Assembly (NCBI GenBank): GCA_018825365.1
Contig: JAHJEV010000003.1
Location: 108,670 to 172,669 of the forward strand
Direction of reading: 5' to 3'
Origin: Patescibacteria group bacterium
GTDB lineage: Bacteria; Patescibacteriota; WWE3; UBA101185; UBA10185
DNA length: 64,000 nt
A program made the translations under genes and the position numbers. Positions 55,739 through 64,000 of the stretch are shown here, piece after piece. The stretch's first letter is position 1. Every line of letters begins with the position of its first letter. Below the pieces are notes generated by a model that saw only the letters and a list, made by a program, of their open reading frames with translations, was not told the DNA's origin and made no database searches.

Positions 55739-56365
55739 ATGTATATCGTATTTGAAGGCATAGTGGGTACCGGAAAAACTACCCTCTCAAAAAAACTCTA
55801 CGATTATCTTAAAGAAAAGTATCCTAGGAAAGAAGTTGTCTGGACTCGTGAGCCGGGAGGAACTGAAATTGCACAAAAGATACGGGAATGTGTTCAAGGA
55901 ACTAATTTTAATGAAGACATGGACCCAATATGCGAGGCATACCTTTACGCTGCTTCTCGTGCTCAATCTTTAAGAACAATCGTAAAACCGATTATAGAAA
56001 AAGGTGGTATTGCAATTGCTGATAGAAGCTTTATTACGAGCATGGCAAACCAGGGATACGGAAGAGAGTTAGGAGTCAAAAGGGCTCTTAAAATAAATGA
56101 GCCAGCAGTTGAGGGAATACATCCCGACTTAGTAGTTTTTTTGGACGTAGACCCCAAAATAGCAATCACAAGGGTCTATGATGGCAGCGGCGACAAATTC
56201 GAGAGGTTCGGAATCGATTTTTACAGAAAGCTACATAGTGGTTACAAAAAGATATCAAAAATGAAAATGTTTAAGAATAAATGGGTAAATGTGAAAGTTG
56301 AAAAAGATTCCATTGAGAAAAACTTCAAACTTATACTAAAGGCAGTCAAACCTTATCTTCCTTAA
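55739..56365 (+). CDS. tmk: thymidylate kinase
   Basis: P-loop FEGIVGTGKTT, a DR(Y/F)-like region, and a LID region. 208 aa. Confidence 0.85.
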   Translation: MYIVFEGIVGTGKTTLSKKLYDYLKEKYPRKEVVWTREPGGTEIAQKIRECVQGTNFNEDMDPICEAYLYAASRAQSLRTIVKPIIEKGGIAIADRSFITSMANQGYGRELGVKRALKINEPAVEGIHPDLVVFLDVDPKIAITRVYDGSGDKFERFGIDFYRKLHSGYKKISKMKMFKNKWVNVKVEKDSIEKNFKLILKAVKPYLP

Positions 56366-57573
56366 AAGTATTTCTTTCCTTTTAGTTTTGTCGGCATATA
56401 TTCCTGACCTGTTTTTTCAGCCTTTAAACTATGCTCATATTTGTAACCCCTGCCATAGCCGATCTTTTTCATGAATTTAGTGGGAGCATTTCTTATCTCC
56501 AAAGGAACCGGCAGGTTTCCATATTTCTCCACATCTTCTTTAACCTTTCCATAAGCCATATAAAGCAAGTTGGACTTGGGAGCTTTCGCGCAATAAACAA
56601 CGGCCTCGGCCAAAGCTAAATTACACTCCGGCATTCCAATAACCTCACAGGCTTTAAATGCTGAAACGGCAATAACCAAAGCGTTTGGGTCTGAAAGTCC
56701 AATATCCTCCGATGCAAACCTAACAACTCGTCTTGCTATATAAATAGGGTCCTGACCTGCTTCAAGCATTCTCCCTAGCCAATACAAAGCTGAGTCGGGA
56801 TCTGAACCTCTCATTGATTTATGAAGTGCTGAAATTGTATTGTAAAACTCCTCGCCTTTTAGATCAAACCCCAAATTTCTTCTTTGCAAAGCATCTTCAA
56901 TATTTTTCATTTCAATTTTCTTACTCTTGGTAAGGTGTGAAGCGATCTCAAGCACATTTAGGGATATTCTGGCATCTCCGTTTGACGCTGTGATTAAAAA
57001 ACCAAAGGCATTCTCATCTAGCTTTTTTTTTAACAATTTTAATCCCCTACTTATTATTATTCTTAAATCGTTTTCTGGGAGTTGGGATAGAATAAGCACT
57101 CTGCATCGGGACATTAATGGACTTATAACCTCAAAGGACGGGTTTTCTGTAGTTGCACCTATGAATATAATTATTCCTTTTTCTACATGCGGTAATAGAG
57201 AATCCTGCTGGGCTTTGTTAAACCTATGTAGTTCATCGATAAAAACAATAGGTACTCTGAAATCCTCATTTTCGCAGAATTTAAAGCCTTTATTCAAGTT
57301 TGCATCCTTTTTGGGAATTATTTTCTCTATTTCTTTTATAGAAGTATTAACTGCTGAAAATTCATAAAACTTTCTGTTAAGTTCATTTGCAATTATTCTT
57401 GCAAGAGTGGTCTTCCCTGATCCCGGAGGTCCCCAAAATATTAATGATGGGAAAAAGTCTGAATACTTGGATTGTTTTATTAATGATGAAACTACCTCTA
57501 TTATTTTCTTTTGGCCTACAAAATCTTCAATTTTTGAGGGACGAAGTTTGTCAGCCAGAGGTTGATACGCCAT
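56362..57573 (-). CDS. rarA: replication-associated recombination protein A (AAA+ ATPase)
   Basis: Walker A GPPGSGKTTLARI, Walker B FIDELHRF, and the MgsA C-terminal domain. Confidence 0.85.
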   Translation of the reverse strand: MAYQPLADKLRPSKIEDFVGQKKIIEVVSSLIKQSKYSDFFPSLIFWGPPGSGKTTLARIIANELNRKFYEFSAVNTSIKEIEKIIPKKDANLNKGFKFCENEDFRVPIVFIDELHRFNKAQQDSLLPHVEKGIIIFIGATTENPSFEVISPLMSRCRVLILSQLPENDLRIIISRGLKLLKKKLDENAFGFLITASNGDARISLNVLEIASHLTKSKKIEMKNIEDALQRRNLGFDLKGEEFYNTISALHKSMRGSDPDSALYWLGRMLEAGQDPIYIARRVVRFASEDIGLSDPNALVIAVSAFKACEVIGMPECNLALAEAVVYCAKAPKSNLLYMAYGKVKEDVEKYGNLPVPLEIRNAPTKFMKKIGYGRGYKYEHSLKAEKTGQEYMPTKLKGKKYF

Positions 57574-57664
57574 GTATAAAGTTTATACTAAATTTCTTTT
57601 CGTGTAAACTTCGGGTATTTAATATTTAAATACAAAACGCTATGATATAATAATCAACATCTCT

Positions 57665-57739
57665 GGGGGCGTAGCTCAGCGGTAGAGCAGCGGCCTTTTA
57701 AGCCGCGTGTCCTGGGTTCGATCCCCAGCGCCCTCACCA
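57665..57739 (+). tRNA. tRNA-Lys (anticodon TTT)
   Basis: Acceptor gggggcg/cgccctc, anticodon stem gcggc/gccgc with loop CTTTTAA, A73 and CCA. Confidence 0.85.
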
Positions 57740-57785
57740 TAAAAAAATAGACAAGTACTGGTGTGTGCTTGCCTATTGCAAAAAG

Positions 57786-58130
57786 TTATTTGCTGCGTTC
57801 GTCCGAATTCTCCTTGCACCGTTGAATGAAGCCCGGAGTTACAACATATCTGGCTCCGTCACTGTGCTTAATCCATCTATATTCCAACAACCACTCAAAC
57901 CCCTCGCGAATGCTGTCTTCTTCCTCCGGTGGGCTCTCAAGTTCCCCAGTAATGCAAAGTTCACTATGTGTAAACTCTCTCCACTGGTTTCCTTGAGAAC
58001 AAAGCGTGACGATGAGACGAGCTGTAACATCCATTTCGAACTTCCCAAAGAAACTGGCAAACGCATGCGTATTTGGATCTTGTGGTTTCAAGGAAATATC
58101 TCTAGGGCTTACTTTATTAGGTGTACTCAT
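57786..58130 (-). CDS. hypothetical protein in a higher-GC patch adjacent to tRNA-Lys(TTT)
   Basis: 114-aa ORF. GC is visibly higher than in flanking genes. No recognisable domain. Confidence 0.4.
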   Translation of the reverse strand: MSTPNKVSPRDISLKPQDPNTHAFASFFGKFEMDVTARLIVTLCSQGNQWREFTHSELCITGELESPPEEEDSIREGFEWLLEYRWIKHSDGARYVVTPGFIQRCKENSDERSK

Positions 58131-58254
58131 GTCTTCTCTCCAATCTGTATTTCAGGATATTAACCGAGGTATACTAAATAATCTTTCGGCTGTCAAGTAT
58201 AGACAACGAAGACGTGCAAGAACGATTTACATGAAAGAGTAAAATTAATTTAGT

Positions 58255-59079
58255 ATGGTCAAAAAGAAACGCACTCGGAAAGATACGCTAGATGTTTTGA
58301 TTTTAGCTTCTGCGGCTATTGTTCTTTCAACCTTTCTCGTGATTAAGTTGCTCGCAATCTCAGGTTTCAACCTAAGAAATTTTGTTAAACGGTCACAAAA
58401 TGTAGAATCCGACCAAAAACCCTATTCATTAAATATCCCCATAATTACGTACCACTATATTGAGATTGTTACAGATAAGAATGATTTTCTGAGAAAAAAC
58501 ATGGCGATTACACCAACGGAATTAAAAAGGGAAATTAACGAACTCAAAAGTCAAGGGTACGAATTCGTGTTTATTAAAGAAATCCCAAAGCTTCTTCATA
58601 TGGAAACCCCGCCGACAGGGAAATTTGTTGCAATTACATTTGACGATGGGTATAGGGACTTTTACACCGATGCTTTCCCTGTAATAAAAGAAACAGGTGT
58701 TAAAGCAACTGTCTTTGTCATTACTGGATTTGTTAACTATCAAAACTACATGACCGACGAGCAGATTAAAGAGGTTTCCCAAAGCGGACTAGTAGAAGTG
58801 GGTGCTCACACAATGAGCCATATCGATCTAAGATCTATTACTTCCGCCCACGCTGATAGCGAGATTGTTGGAAGCAAAGATTATCTGGAATCAAAACTTG
58901 GTATAAAAGTAGAATCATTCTCATATCCTTTTGGCGGATTTAACAACGAAATAACTCAAATGGTAAAAAATGCTTCGCATACCTCAGCCGTATCGGATAT
59001 TTCTGGAACAACCCAATCATTAAGTAACCTGTACTCACTTTCAAGAATTCGGGTAGGGTACTTCTTTAAGTTTGAATAG
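58255..59079 (+). CDS. polysaccharide deacetylase (CE4/NodB homology), membrane-anchored
   Basis: NodB motifs (ITFDDGYRD, catalytic His in GAHTMSH). N-terminal TM helix. Confidence 0.7.
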   Translation: MVKKKRTRKDTLDVLILASAAIVLSTFLVIKLLAISGFNLRNFVKRSQNVESDQKPYSLNIPIITYHYIEIVTDKNDFLRKNMAITPTELKREINELKSQGYEFVFIKEIPKLLHMETPPTGKFVAITFDDGYRDFYTDAFPVIKETGVKATVFVITGFVNYQNYMTDEQIKEVSQSGLVEVGAHTMSHIDLRSITSAHADSEIVGSKDYLESKLGIKVESFSYPFGGFNNEITQMVKNASHTSAVSDISGTTQSLSNLYSLSRIRVGYFFKFE

Positions 59080-59826
59080 TTACTTCTTAACCAACTTGTA
59101 AAAAATAGAAGGTCCGAAATAAAAGTAAGACAGGATTCCCTGAGTTAAATTTTCAAACCTCAAGAGAATTTTGACCGGGAAGTACCTTGTGACAAAAGAA
59201 ACCCTAAAATTTGAAACTGAGAGTTTTTTTTCAATTTTAAAACCAGCTTCTTTAAGCATCTTTTCGATTTCTTTAGGATGGTGGTTTAGAAATGTGACAT
59301 CTTTTGTTGCCACGCTAACTGAGTCGCGACTAAAGTACTTAAGGTTACCTTTAAACAAGTTTAGTAAAACTGACTTAAAATGCATTTTATTGGCTATTTC
59401 TAATATAAAAACCCCGTTATCATTCAGTACCCCGTAAATTTGCTCAAAAACACTCTGTAAATCATCCAGGTGATGGGAAACCCGGATCATTGCAGCGTAA
59501 TCAAATTTTTCGGTAGAGCAGGACGCTAATTTGTAAACATCGCACTGGATAGTTTTTACATTTATACCCATCTGCTTCCCTGTTTCTTTCGCCAAATCTA
59601 GAAGTCTTTGGGAACAATCAAAAACAGTAATTGACCCAAAGTAATCCTTAAAAATAGGAATCAGCCTTCCAAACCCACCCCCGATATCAATAACGTTTTT
59701 ACTGCTATCTATATTTTTTGGAAGAAGCTTTTTCAAAGCTATAAACTCAGCCGTGTGTTCGTAGTCACGACCCTCCCAATATCTGGTGTAATCATAGTTT
59801 TTATCGTTGTAATCAACACTAAGCAT
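59080..59826 (-). CDS. class I SAM-dependent methyltransferase
   Basis: Motif I VIDIGGGFGRL, and a motif post-I acidic residue in TVFDCSQ. Confidence 0.7.
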   Translation of the reverse strand: MLSVDYNDKNYDYTRYWEGRDYEHTAEFIALKKLLPKNIDSSKNVIDIGGGFGRLIPIFKDYFGSITVFDCSQRLLDLAKETGKQMGINVKTIQCDVYKLASCSTEKFDYAAMIRVSHHLDDLQSVFEQIYGVLNDNGVFILEIANKMHFKSVLLNLFKGNLKYFSRDSVSVATKDVTFLNHHPKEIEKMLKEAGFKIEKKLSVSNFRVSFVTRYFPVKILLRFENLTQGILSYFYFGPSIFYKLVKK

Positions 59827-59924
59827 GATTTAAATATACCTAAACGTCCAGATATTAACAAGAAACGAAAGAGGCCCCGCGTTTGCGGAGCCTCCGAATC
59901 AAAGTATTCCCATAAGAGAAAAGC

Positions 59925-60200
59925 TTATCTTCTGAAAGATCTTTCTGGTCTTTCTTCCTTTGGTCTTGCGACTGAGACTACGATATTTCTTCCTTCCATG
60001 TCTTTGTCATTCAAGTCCTTAATCGCGTTTTGAGCAGATGCATCATCTTCTAACTCTACGAATCCAAATCCTTTGGATCTTCCACTCATTTTATCGAATA
60101 TAATAGTCGCGGAAACAATATTTCCGTATGAGGCAAATAATGTTTTTAAACTATCATCGTTATAGCTGTAAGGTAAATTACCTACGTATAATTTTGTCAA
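59925..60200 (-). CDS. RRM-domain RNA-binding protein
   Basis: RNP-2 LYVGNL and RNP-1 KGFGFVE. The start was placed at a TTG preceded by SD GGAAGGTGG. The longer track ORF upstream lacks an SD. Confidence 0.6.
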   Translation of the reverse strand: MTKLYVGNLPYSYNDDSLKTLFASYGNIVSATIIFDKMSGRSKGFGFVELEDDASAQNAIKDLNDKDMEGRNIVVSVARPKEERPERSFRR

Positions 60201-60613
60201 ACTAACACACCACCTTCCGTACAAACAAAATACAAACAAGTCTCTTAGAAAATGGGAAATGCTTTGAGTTAAAAAGTCAAGATTTCTATCATTCGTAAGA
60301 GCACGCCTAAGATTGTAGCACATATCTCTCAATTTACCTATGGCAATATCCTTATAAGGCGATGGCTCTCTTTTTACCTGTTATAAATAGTTTGGGTTCC
60401 GATAAGATCCCCCAACGTTACGTTTTTATAAATCCAATACGAGCAGACCAGGAACAAAACACATGCGAGTGCAAATGCTGTCTTTGAAGACAAAAATGAA
60501 TAGAGATTTTTCACAGCACTATTATCTATCAAATCAAGGGAATAAAAAAGACCCTTCAATAAAAAGGGGGGCTACCATTGTGTGAGGAGTGTGAGGAGAT
60601 AAGTTCTTTAAAG

Positions 60614-61120
60614 CTACTTTTTAATAACCCTTTCTTTAATTCTTGTAGCCTGTTTTCCGATTCTTTCTCTTAAGTAATATAGCTTTGCCCTTCTAACTTT
60701 TCCTCTTTTTACCACCTTTAAAGACTCGATGTTAGGGGATGAGAGCGGAAATATTCTTTCAACTCCGATGCTGTTAGATGAAATTTTTCTGACAGTGAAT
60801 GTTTTTGAAATACCTGTACCTTTTCTTGCTATAACAATTCCTTGGTATGGTTGGATTCTTGTTTTATCGCCTTCAATAATTTTATAGTTTACCTTAACCG
60901 TATCCCCAACTCTAAAATCCTCAATTTTTGACTGACCTGATTTTACCGGTTCCTCCACAACTTCTTCTTCCTCAACTTCGGATTTCTCACCTTTAACGGT
61001 GGTTTCCTCTGCAGGTGTTTCGGAAATCGAAGAATCTTCCTGTTTTTCATCAACAGGTTCTTCTTTTGTTTCTTCTGCGTTTTCTTCAGTTTTTCCCAGA
61101 TCCTTCTTTTCTTCCGCCAT
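60614..61120 (-). CDS. rplS: 50S ribosomal protein L19 (with a possible 55-aa acidic N-terminal extension)
   Basis: The core [33 protein letters not shown]... is canonical bL19. Upstream, the only ATG gives an E-rich extension. An alternative GTG start with a purine-rich SD about 150 nt downstream would give a standard-length L19. Confidence 0.75.
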   Translation of the reverse strand: MAEEKKDLGKTEENAEETKEEPVDEKQEDSSISETPAEETTVKGEKSEVEEEEVVEEPVKSGQSKIEDFRVGDTVKVNYKIIEGDKTRIQPYQGIVIARKGTGISKTFTVRKISSNSIGVERIFPLSSPNIESLKVVKRGKVRRAKLYYLRERIGKQATRIKERVIKK

Positions 61121-61158
61121 AGCTGTGAAAGAGTAACAAATTTAGGTACTTTTTTCAA

Positions 61159-63300
61159 TTACATTTTTCTTGCAGCAACTTTTGCCGGTTTTAGTACATT
61201 AACATTCAGTCCGTTTCTTCCAAAGCTTGCCTTAACTCTATCGCCCTTTGTAACTTCGTTCTTGATTATCATACCGGACAAAACATTATCCAACTCCTTT
61301 TGAATAAGTCTCCTTAACGGTCTTGCTCCATAATCTTCACTGTAACCGGTTTCCGCAAGATATTTGATAGCAGAATCCGCTATTTCAACACTTATTCCTT
61401 GCTCTTTAAGCATTTCCTCTGTCTTTTTAACAAGCCTTTTTGTGATTTCTTTAATATCTTCTGGTGACAAAGTTGAGAAAATTACAATTTCATCAATTCT
61501 GTTTAGAAATTCGGGTCTGAACGAATCTTTCAAGATTTCCTGGACTCTCCTGTTAAAGTCTTCGTTGCTTTCGGAGTGTTTTTTTACACCTTTGTCAAAA
61601 CCTATTTCTGATCTCCTCAAAAATTCCGATCCAACATTTGAAGTCATGATCAAAATAGTGTTTTTGAAATCTACAGTTCTTCCCTTGCTGTCAGTTAGTC
61701 TTCCATCTTCCATTATTTGAAGCAATGTATTAAATGTATCCGGATGAGCTTTCTCAATTTCATCTAAAAGAATGACTGAGAAGGGTTTTCTTCTCACAAC
61801 ATCGGTTAACTGTCCTCCCTGGTCGTATCCGATATATCCTGGAGGAGCCCCAATAAGCTTACTTACCGAATGTTTTTCCATATACTCACTCATATCGATT
61901 CTTATCATCATATCCTCATCACCATACAAAGCCTCAGCCAATGCTTTTGCCAGTTCGGTTTTTCCTACTCCCGTTGGTCCCAAAAACAAAAATGCTCCGA
62001 TTGGTCTTTTTGGATCTTTAAGACCGGCCCTTGCCCTTCTTACAGCTTCAGACAAAATGGAAATAGCATTTTTTTGAGCAACAATTCTTTTTCCGATGGT
62101 TTGTTCAAGTTTCAAAAGTCTTTCTCTTTCAGCAACATTTAAACTTTCAAGGGGAATACCGGTTGCTCTGGAAACAACCTTATTTACTGCTTCGGCTCCA
62201 ACTTCCGGAATTTCTTCAAGTTTTGTTTTTGTCCATATTTCCAAAAGCTCAGCTTTCACCTTTTCCAAAACCTCTACTCTTTTTTTCAGTTTTGATTTTT
62301 CTTCACTAGTAAGATCTCTTTTTTTAAGTTTTTTATTTATCTCAGTAATTTCCTCCTCAACATTCTTCAAATTTTCCGGTTCTTTAACTTGAGAAAGCCT
62401 GATTAAGGCGCACGCTTCGTCAATAAGATCAATGGCCTTATCAGGTAAAAATCTATCGCTTATATATCTATCGCTCATCTTTACTGCCGCCTCAATTGCC
62501 GAATCCATTATTTTTACATTGTGGTGTTTCTCATACCTTTCCCTTAAACCTTCTAATATTTCTACCGTCTGATCGGTAGTTGGCTCATTAACCATTATGG
62601 GCTGAAACCTTCGCTCCAAAGCAGCGTCTCGTTCGATATATTTTCTGTAGTCATCAATTGTTGTTGCACCAACCATTTGAAGCTCGCCTCTTGAAAGCGC
62701 AGGTTTTAAGATATTTGCGGCATCCATTGAACCTTCCGCGCTGCCCGCTCCAACAACCGTATGAAGTTCATCAACAAAAAGAACGATCTGACCTGAGGAA
62801 TTAATAACTTCCTGAATAATATCCTTAAGTCTTTCTTCAAACATACCTCTGTGTGAAGTTCCGGCAATGACTGATGCTAAATCAAGCATAAAAACTCTTT
62901 TTCCTCTTAATGGTTCGGGAACAATTCCCTCAACTATTTTTTGAGCCAAACCTTCTACAATAGCTGTCTTTCCAACCCCGGGATCACCAATTAAAACAGG
63001 ATTGTTTTTTGTCCTTCTGGATAAAATATGGATTACCCGATCTATCTCGTCTTTTCTTCCGATAACCGGATCTAGTTTTCCCTCACGCGCCATTTGAGTT
63101 AAATCTTTGCCAAATTTATCAAGTTTTGAGGCAGTTTCTGAAGTTTCTTGCATTACCTCTTGGTAACAAATCTCACACAAAGCCATATAGACTTGTTTAC
63201 CGTCAATAATTCTTGTTATTGGTATTCTGGCGGGTCTTTGCCCGCATCTGTGACATAAGACCATACTACGAATACTAGCACTCTCAGCACGTGAGTGCAA
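61159..63300 (-). CDS. Clp-family AAA+ chaperone (ClpE/ClpC-like; two nucleotide-binding domains plus N-terminal zinc ribbon)
   Basis: NBD1 Walker [12 protein letters not shown]2 GPTGVGKT, and an N-terminal CxxC...CxxC motif (CHRCGQ...CEIC) as in ClpE. Confidence 0.8.
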   Translation of the reverse strand: MHSRAESASIRSMVLCHRCGQRPARIPITRIIDGKQVYMALCEICYQEVMQETSETASKLDKFGKDLTQMAREGKLDPVIGRKDEIDRVIHILSRRTKNNPVLIGDPGVGKTAIVEGLAQKIVEGIVPEPLRGKRVFMLDLASVIAGTSHRGMFEERLKDIIQEVINSSGQIVLFVDELHTVVGAGSAEGSMDAANILKPALSRGELQMVGATTIDDYRKYIERDAALERRFQPIMVNEPTTDQTVEILEGLRERYEKHHNVKIMDSAIEAAVKMSDRYISDRFLPDKAIDLIDEACALIRLSQVKEPENLKNVEEEITEINKKLKKRDLTSEEKSKLKKRVEVLEKVKAELLEIWTKTKLEEIPEVGAEAVNKVVSRATGIPLESLNVAERERLLKLEQTIGKRIVAQKNAISILSEAVRRARAGLKDPKRPIGAFLFLGPTGVGKTELAKALAEALYGDEDMMIRIDMSEYMEKHSVSKLIGAPPGYIGYDQGGQLTDVVRRKPFSVILLDEIEKAHPDTFNTLLQIMEDGRLTDSKGRTVDFKNTILIMTSNVGSEFLRRSEIGFDKGVKKHSESNEDFNRRVQEILKDSFRPEFLNRIDEIVIFSTLSPEDIKEITKRLVKKTEEMLKEQGISVEIADSAIKYLAETGYSEDYGARPLRRLIQKELDNVLSGMIIKNEVTKGDRVKASFGRNGLNVNVLKPAKVAARKM

Positions 63301-63310
63301 GACCTATATA

Positions 63311-64000
63311 CTAATGCTCCCAAACATCACTTACAAAAGGCTCTGATAATATCGGTAGCTTCTTTATAAACAGTTCCGCAGCTCTGCACATTTCCTGTGA
63401 TTGTATCTTTGACCATTCTTCAGCCTGATCAGCTCTTACCTCACTTACAATTTCATCGTGAACCGTCAAAATAAGCCTCACGTCAAAACCTTTTTCCTTA
63501 ATTTTGTCATTCATAAAAACTAGTGCGTACTTAATAGCGTCAGCGTTAGTTCCTTGAATCGGGTGGTTTTTTGCCTGTCTTTCAATATGTCCTATTTTTC
63601 TTTGGTACTCTGGATCATCTTTTTCAGGTTTAATGTACCATCGTTTTCTACCGGCGGGAGTCGTGCTCCAACCATCTCTTACAGCCTGCCTTGCAACTCC
63701 ATCCAAAAATTTCCTAACTCCAGGGTAGAGTCTATAATATTTGTCGAGGTATTCCTTGCCTCTTTCAGCCGAAACTCCTATTTGCTTTGCCAAACTATTG
63801 GAGCCCCTTCCGTACATAAGTCCAAAATTTATTGATTTAGCGGCAAATCTTTCCAAGGGATGCTTTTTTGCAAAATCATCAGTAAGTTTAAGGTTAAACA
63901 TCAAAGCCGCAGTATGAGAGTGAACGTCAACTCCCTTTTTAAACGCGCCTATCAAAGCGGCGTCTCCCGAAAGATCAGCCATAATTCTCATTTCCATCGT
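63311..64000 (-). CDS. polA: DNA polymerase I, C-terminal fragment (gene continues beyond the window end)
   Basis: Family A polymerase motif B (RFAAKSINFGLMYG) and motif C (LTVHDEIV). The ORF is open to the window edge. Confidence 0.8.
   Translation of the reverse strand, partial: TMEMRIMADLSGDAALIGAFKKGVDVHSHTAALMFNLKLTDDFAKKHPLERFAAKSINFGLMYGRGSNSLAKQIGVSAERGKEYLDKYYRLYPGVRKFLDGVARQAVRDGWSTTPAGRKRWYIKPEKDDPEYQRKIGHIERQAKNHPIQGTNADAIKYALVFMNDKIKEKGFDVRLILTVHDEIVSEVRADQAEEWSKIQSQEMCRAAELFIKKLPILSEPFVSDVWEH

Overview
AT-rich (roughly 33-38% GC by eye) bacterial chromosome segment, densely coded. The gene content looks like a small-genome, possibly CPR/Patescibacteria-like, organism (this is inference). 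It has many GT-C/GT39-type membrane glycosyltransferases, ribosomal proteins with extensions, and salvage rather than de novo nucleotide genes. Core genes recognised: trpS, hisS, leuS, rpmG (bL33), rplS (bL19), rsmI, map, pyrH, upp, tmk, rarA, a ClpE/ClpC-like AAA+ chaperone, a 3' fragment of polA at the window edge, hutH and hutU, class II fructose-bisphosphate aldolase, a GH1 beta-glucosidase with an adjacent GH5-like hydrolase, a P-type cation ATPase, and a GGDEF diguanylate cyclase. I folded 13 tRNA genes by hand (Trp, Tyr, Gln, Val, Phe, Gly, Leu-AAG, Leu-CAG, Arg-TCG, Lys-CTT, Glu, Lys-TTT, plus one with anticodon UUA). Most interesting signals: (1) a perfectly folding class I tRNA with an ochre-suppressor anticodon UUA, sitting right after tRNA-Trp and trpS, which unlike all 12 other tRNAs has no encoded CCA and is followed by decayed ORF debris; (2) a diverged copy of the pyrH 3' end about 5.9 kb from the real pyrH 3' end, bracketing a candidate inserted island that carries an excisionase-type HTH fused to a GHKL ATPase, a DUF4325/STAS-like partner, and three copies of a roughly 40-130 nt intergenic repeat family; (3) two higher-GC genes, one of them a GNAT acetyltransferase preceded by an SD-equipped 10-codon leader ORF, that interrupt the hut region; (4) a roughly 210-nt structured candidate ncRNA with its own consensus promoter and intrinsic terminator downstream of leuS; (5) a 15-codon lysine-only mini-ORF with a strong SD just upstream of tRNA-Lys(CUU); (6) a tRNA-Leu with the unusual A34 anticodon AAG; (7) several homopolymer-associated frameshifts (HIT, cyclophilin) and multi-frameshift pseudogenes (a DUF3800-like gene next to tRNA-Glu, and debris after the UUA tRNA). 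No CRISPR array, rRNA, transposase or integrase was seen.
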